Source of the DNA: Chiloscyllium plagiosum
Lineage: Eukaryota
Length of the DNA stretch: 63,677 nucleotides
Assembly: GCF_004010195.1 (NCBI RefSeq)
Contig: NC_057750.1
Location: 12,789,459-12,853,135, forward strand
Direction: 5' to 3'
This document shows, piece after piece, positions 61,800 to 63,677 of this stretch. Position 1 is the stretch's first letter; every line of letters starts with the position of its first letter. Both the position numbers and the translations under genes were made by a program. The notes beneath the pieces are model-generated. The model searched no databases, was not told the DNA's origin, and saw nothing but the letters and a program-made list of their open reading frames with translations.

Positions 61800-62405
61800 T
61801 AGAGTCATGGAGTCATCAAGATACACAGCACAGAAACAAACCCTTCGGTCCAACTTGCCCATGCCGGCCACACATCCTAAATTAATCCAGTCCCAATTTC
61901 CAGAATTTAGCCCAAATCCCCCTAAACCCTTCCTATTCATATACCCATCCAGATGCCTTTTAAATGCTGTAATTGTACCAGCCTCCACCACTTCCTCTGG
62001 CAGCTCATTCCATACATGCACCACCCTCTGTGTGAAAAAGTTGTCCTATGTGTTCCTTATAAATCTTCTCTCTCTCACCTTAAACTTATGCCCTCTAGTT
62101 TCGGACTCCCCTAGCCTGGGGAAAAGACCTTGACTATTCACCCTATCCATGCCTCTTGTGATTTTTAAACCTTGATAAGGTCACCCGTCAGCCTCCAACG
62201 CTCCAGGGAAAACAGCCCCAGCCAATTCATCCTCTCCCCGTAGCTCAAACCCTCCAACCCTGGCAACACCCTTGTAAATCTTTCCTGAAGCCTTTCAAGT
62301 TTAACAACGTCCTTTCTACAGGAGGGAGACTAGAATTGAACACAATTTTCCAAAAATGGCCTAACCTATGTTCTGAATACTCCTATACTCAATGCATGGA
62401 CCAAT
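61800..62405 (-). mobile_element. CR1 LINE 3' fragment
   Basis: VWNELPEEVVEAGTITAFKRHLDGYMNRKGL with a (ATGACTCY)n tail. Confidence 0.93.
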
Positions 62406-63384
62406 AAAGCCGATTTAAAGTTAAATTAATCCACAAAATGCTTTTTGGTTTGCGCTTTAGTAAACTATTAATTGAGAAACCAAGCTGCTGACAACAAATG
62501 TGAAGAATATATTGGGATATTGACAGTATGTTTCATGTTTAATGGAAGCATTCTCTAGGTACTCTGGCCTTTCCAACGATGTCACCACTCAAGGTGACTT
62601 CAGTTATGATCTACCTGCCTTCTTCTTCCTCCTGTGTTAAAACAAAGAGAGAGAGAGAAAGAGAGAGAAAATTCACATTTCCAAAGTGCTAAATGGATCA
62701 GCACTCAAGACAAAACCTATTCTGGCATCTAACTGCTATTGATGTCAATTCATCTACAGTTGACACAGAGGTAGTGATTTTATGGTGTAATAGGGAACTG
62801 GCTTTGATTTTGTGAAAATACTTTATTTCCCCATTACTTGTACAATCAGTGTAATGGAGAGTTGAGACGTAGGCATTTAAACGTGGAGCACCATTCAGAT
62901 GATGAAGGCCACACTTTTGCACCTCTCATACCTCGGATCATCCATTTTATGTTTGGTCCAAATTGACATGTCTGAAATAGTAGAATACAATATCTTTTAT
63001 TATCATGTGTACTCAAGTACAGATATACAGGAGGAGAATGAGACGTTTTTCAATGTCCGCCTCTTAGGGGGCCATCTTAGGTACAAGTAACCGGGGACAA
63101 ATCTTAGTTACTAAAGATGAATAAAAAAGAAAAGCAGTTGCATTACTTTGAAGAAATAAGACATGGTTAAAAGAATAGTCATTACTGCCAGATGAACAAA
63201 TTATATTTAAGCATTACATTATTGTAGCTGAGCACAGGAGACCCCACACGTGGTCTAACCACCCGCATCAAATCCCATTAGGAAAACCATCACTGCTCCG
63301 CTCCCAGCTTCCAGTCTGCTGCACTGCGCTCTCGTTCAGCTGCTCCAAGCTACATTTTCTCCAGGACTGCTCCACCACTCCAGG

Positions 63385-63677
63385 TCTCCACTCCGGGACT
63401 GCTCCCCCTCACTGCTCCCCGCTCTGGGCCTGCTCCCCATCACTGCTCCCCGCTCTGGGCCTGCTCCTCCTCACTGCTCCCCGCTCTGGGACTGCTCCCC
63501 CTCACTGCTCCCCGCTCTGGGACTACTCCACCTCAGTGCTCCCCGCTCTGGGACTGCTCCCCCTCACTGCTCCCCACTCCGGGACTGCTTCCCCTCACTG
63601 TTCCCCGCTCTTGGACTGCTCCCCCTCACTGCTCCCCGCTCTGGGACTGCTCCCCGTCACTGCTCTCCGCTCTGGGA
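63385..63677. repeat. 31-bp GC-rich minisatellite, at least 9 units, running off the window end
   Basis: Unit tcactgctccccgctctgggactgctccccc starts at 63409, 63440, 63471 and onward. Confidence 0.96.

Noticed and set aside
63385..63677. Regular ~31-bp repeats as a CRISPR array
   Set aside because: Units are head-to-tail with no unique spacers, the context is eukaryotic, and there are no cas genes.

Overview
This is 63.7 kb of repeat-dense vertebrate DNA, most likely from a shark or ray: it carries many HE1-type V-SINEs with (AATCT)n tails, plus DeuSINE remnants. I cannot support any intact host protein-coding gene, so the window looks intronic or intergenic. The recognisable ORFs are decayed retroelements: Penelope-like (RT and GIY-YIG), two CR1-group LINE families, Rex1/Babar, L1, RTE and L2. 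There are also pogo/Tigger MITEs, three solo LTRs, microsatellites and a 31-bp minisatellite. Four things stand out. (1) At least four Penelope-derived short-element families carry minimal hammerhead ribozyme motifs with covarying stems. Several are self-contained fold-back elements with 10-17 bp target-site duplications and ribozyme sequence on both strands. (2) All three solo LTRs carry poly(A)-tailed inserts at the same TATA-box site, and two also took Penelope hairpins at a second shared site. (3) There are two long inverted duplications, one with an identity gradient suggesting gene conversion. (4) There are several short local templated duplications. All coordinates and identities were read by eye. 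Repeat boundaries are approximate (about +/-10-20 bp).
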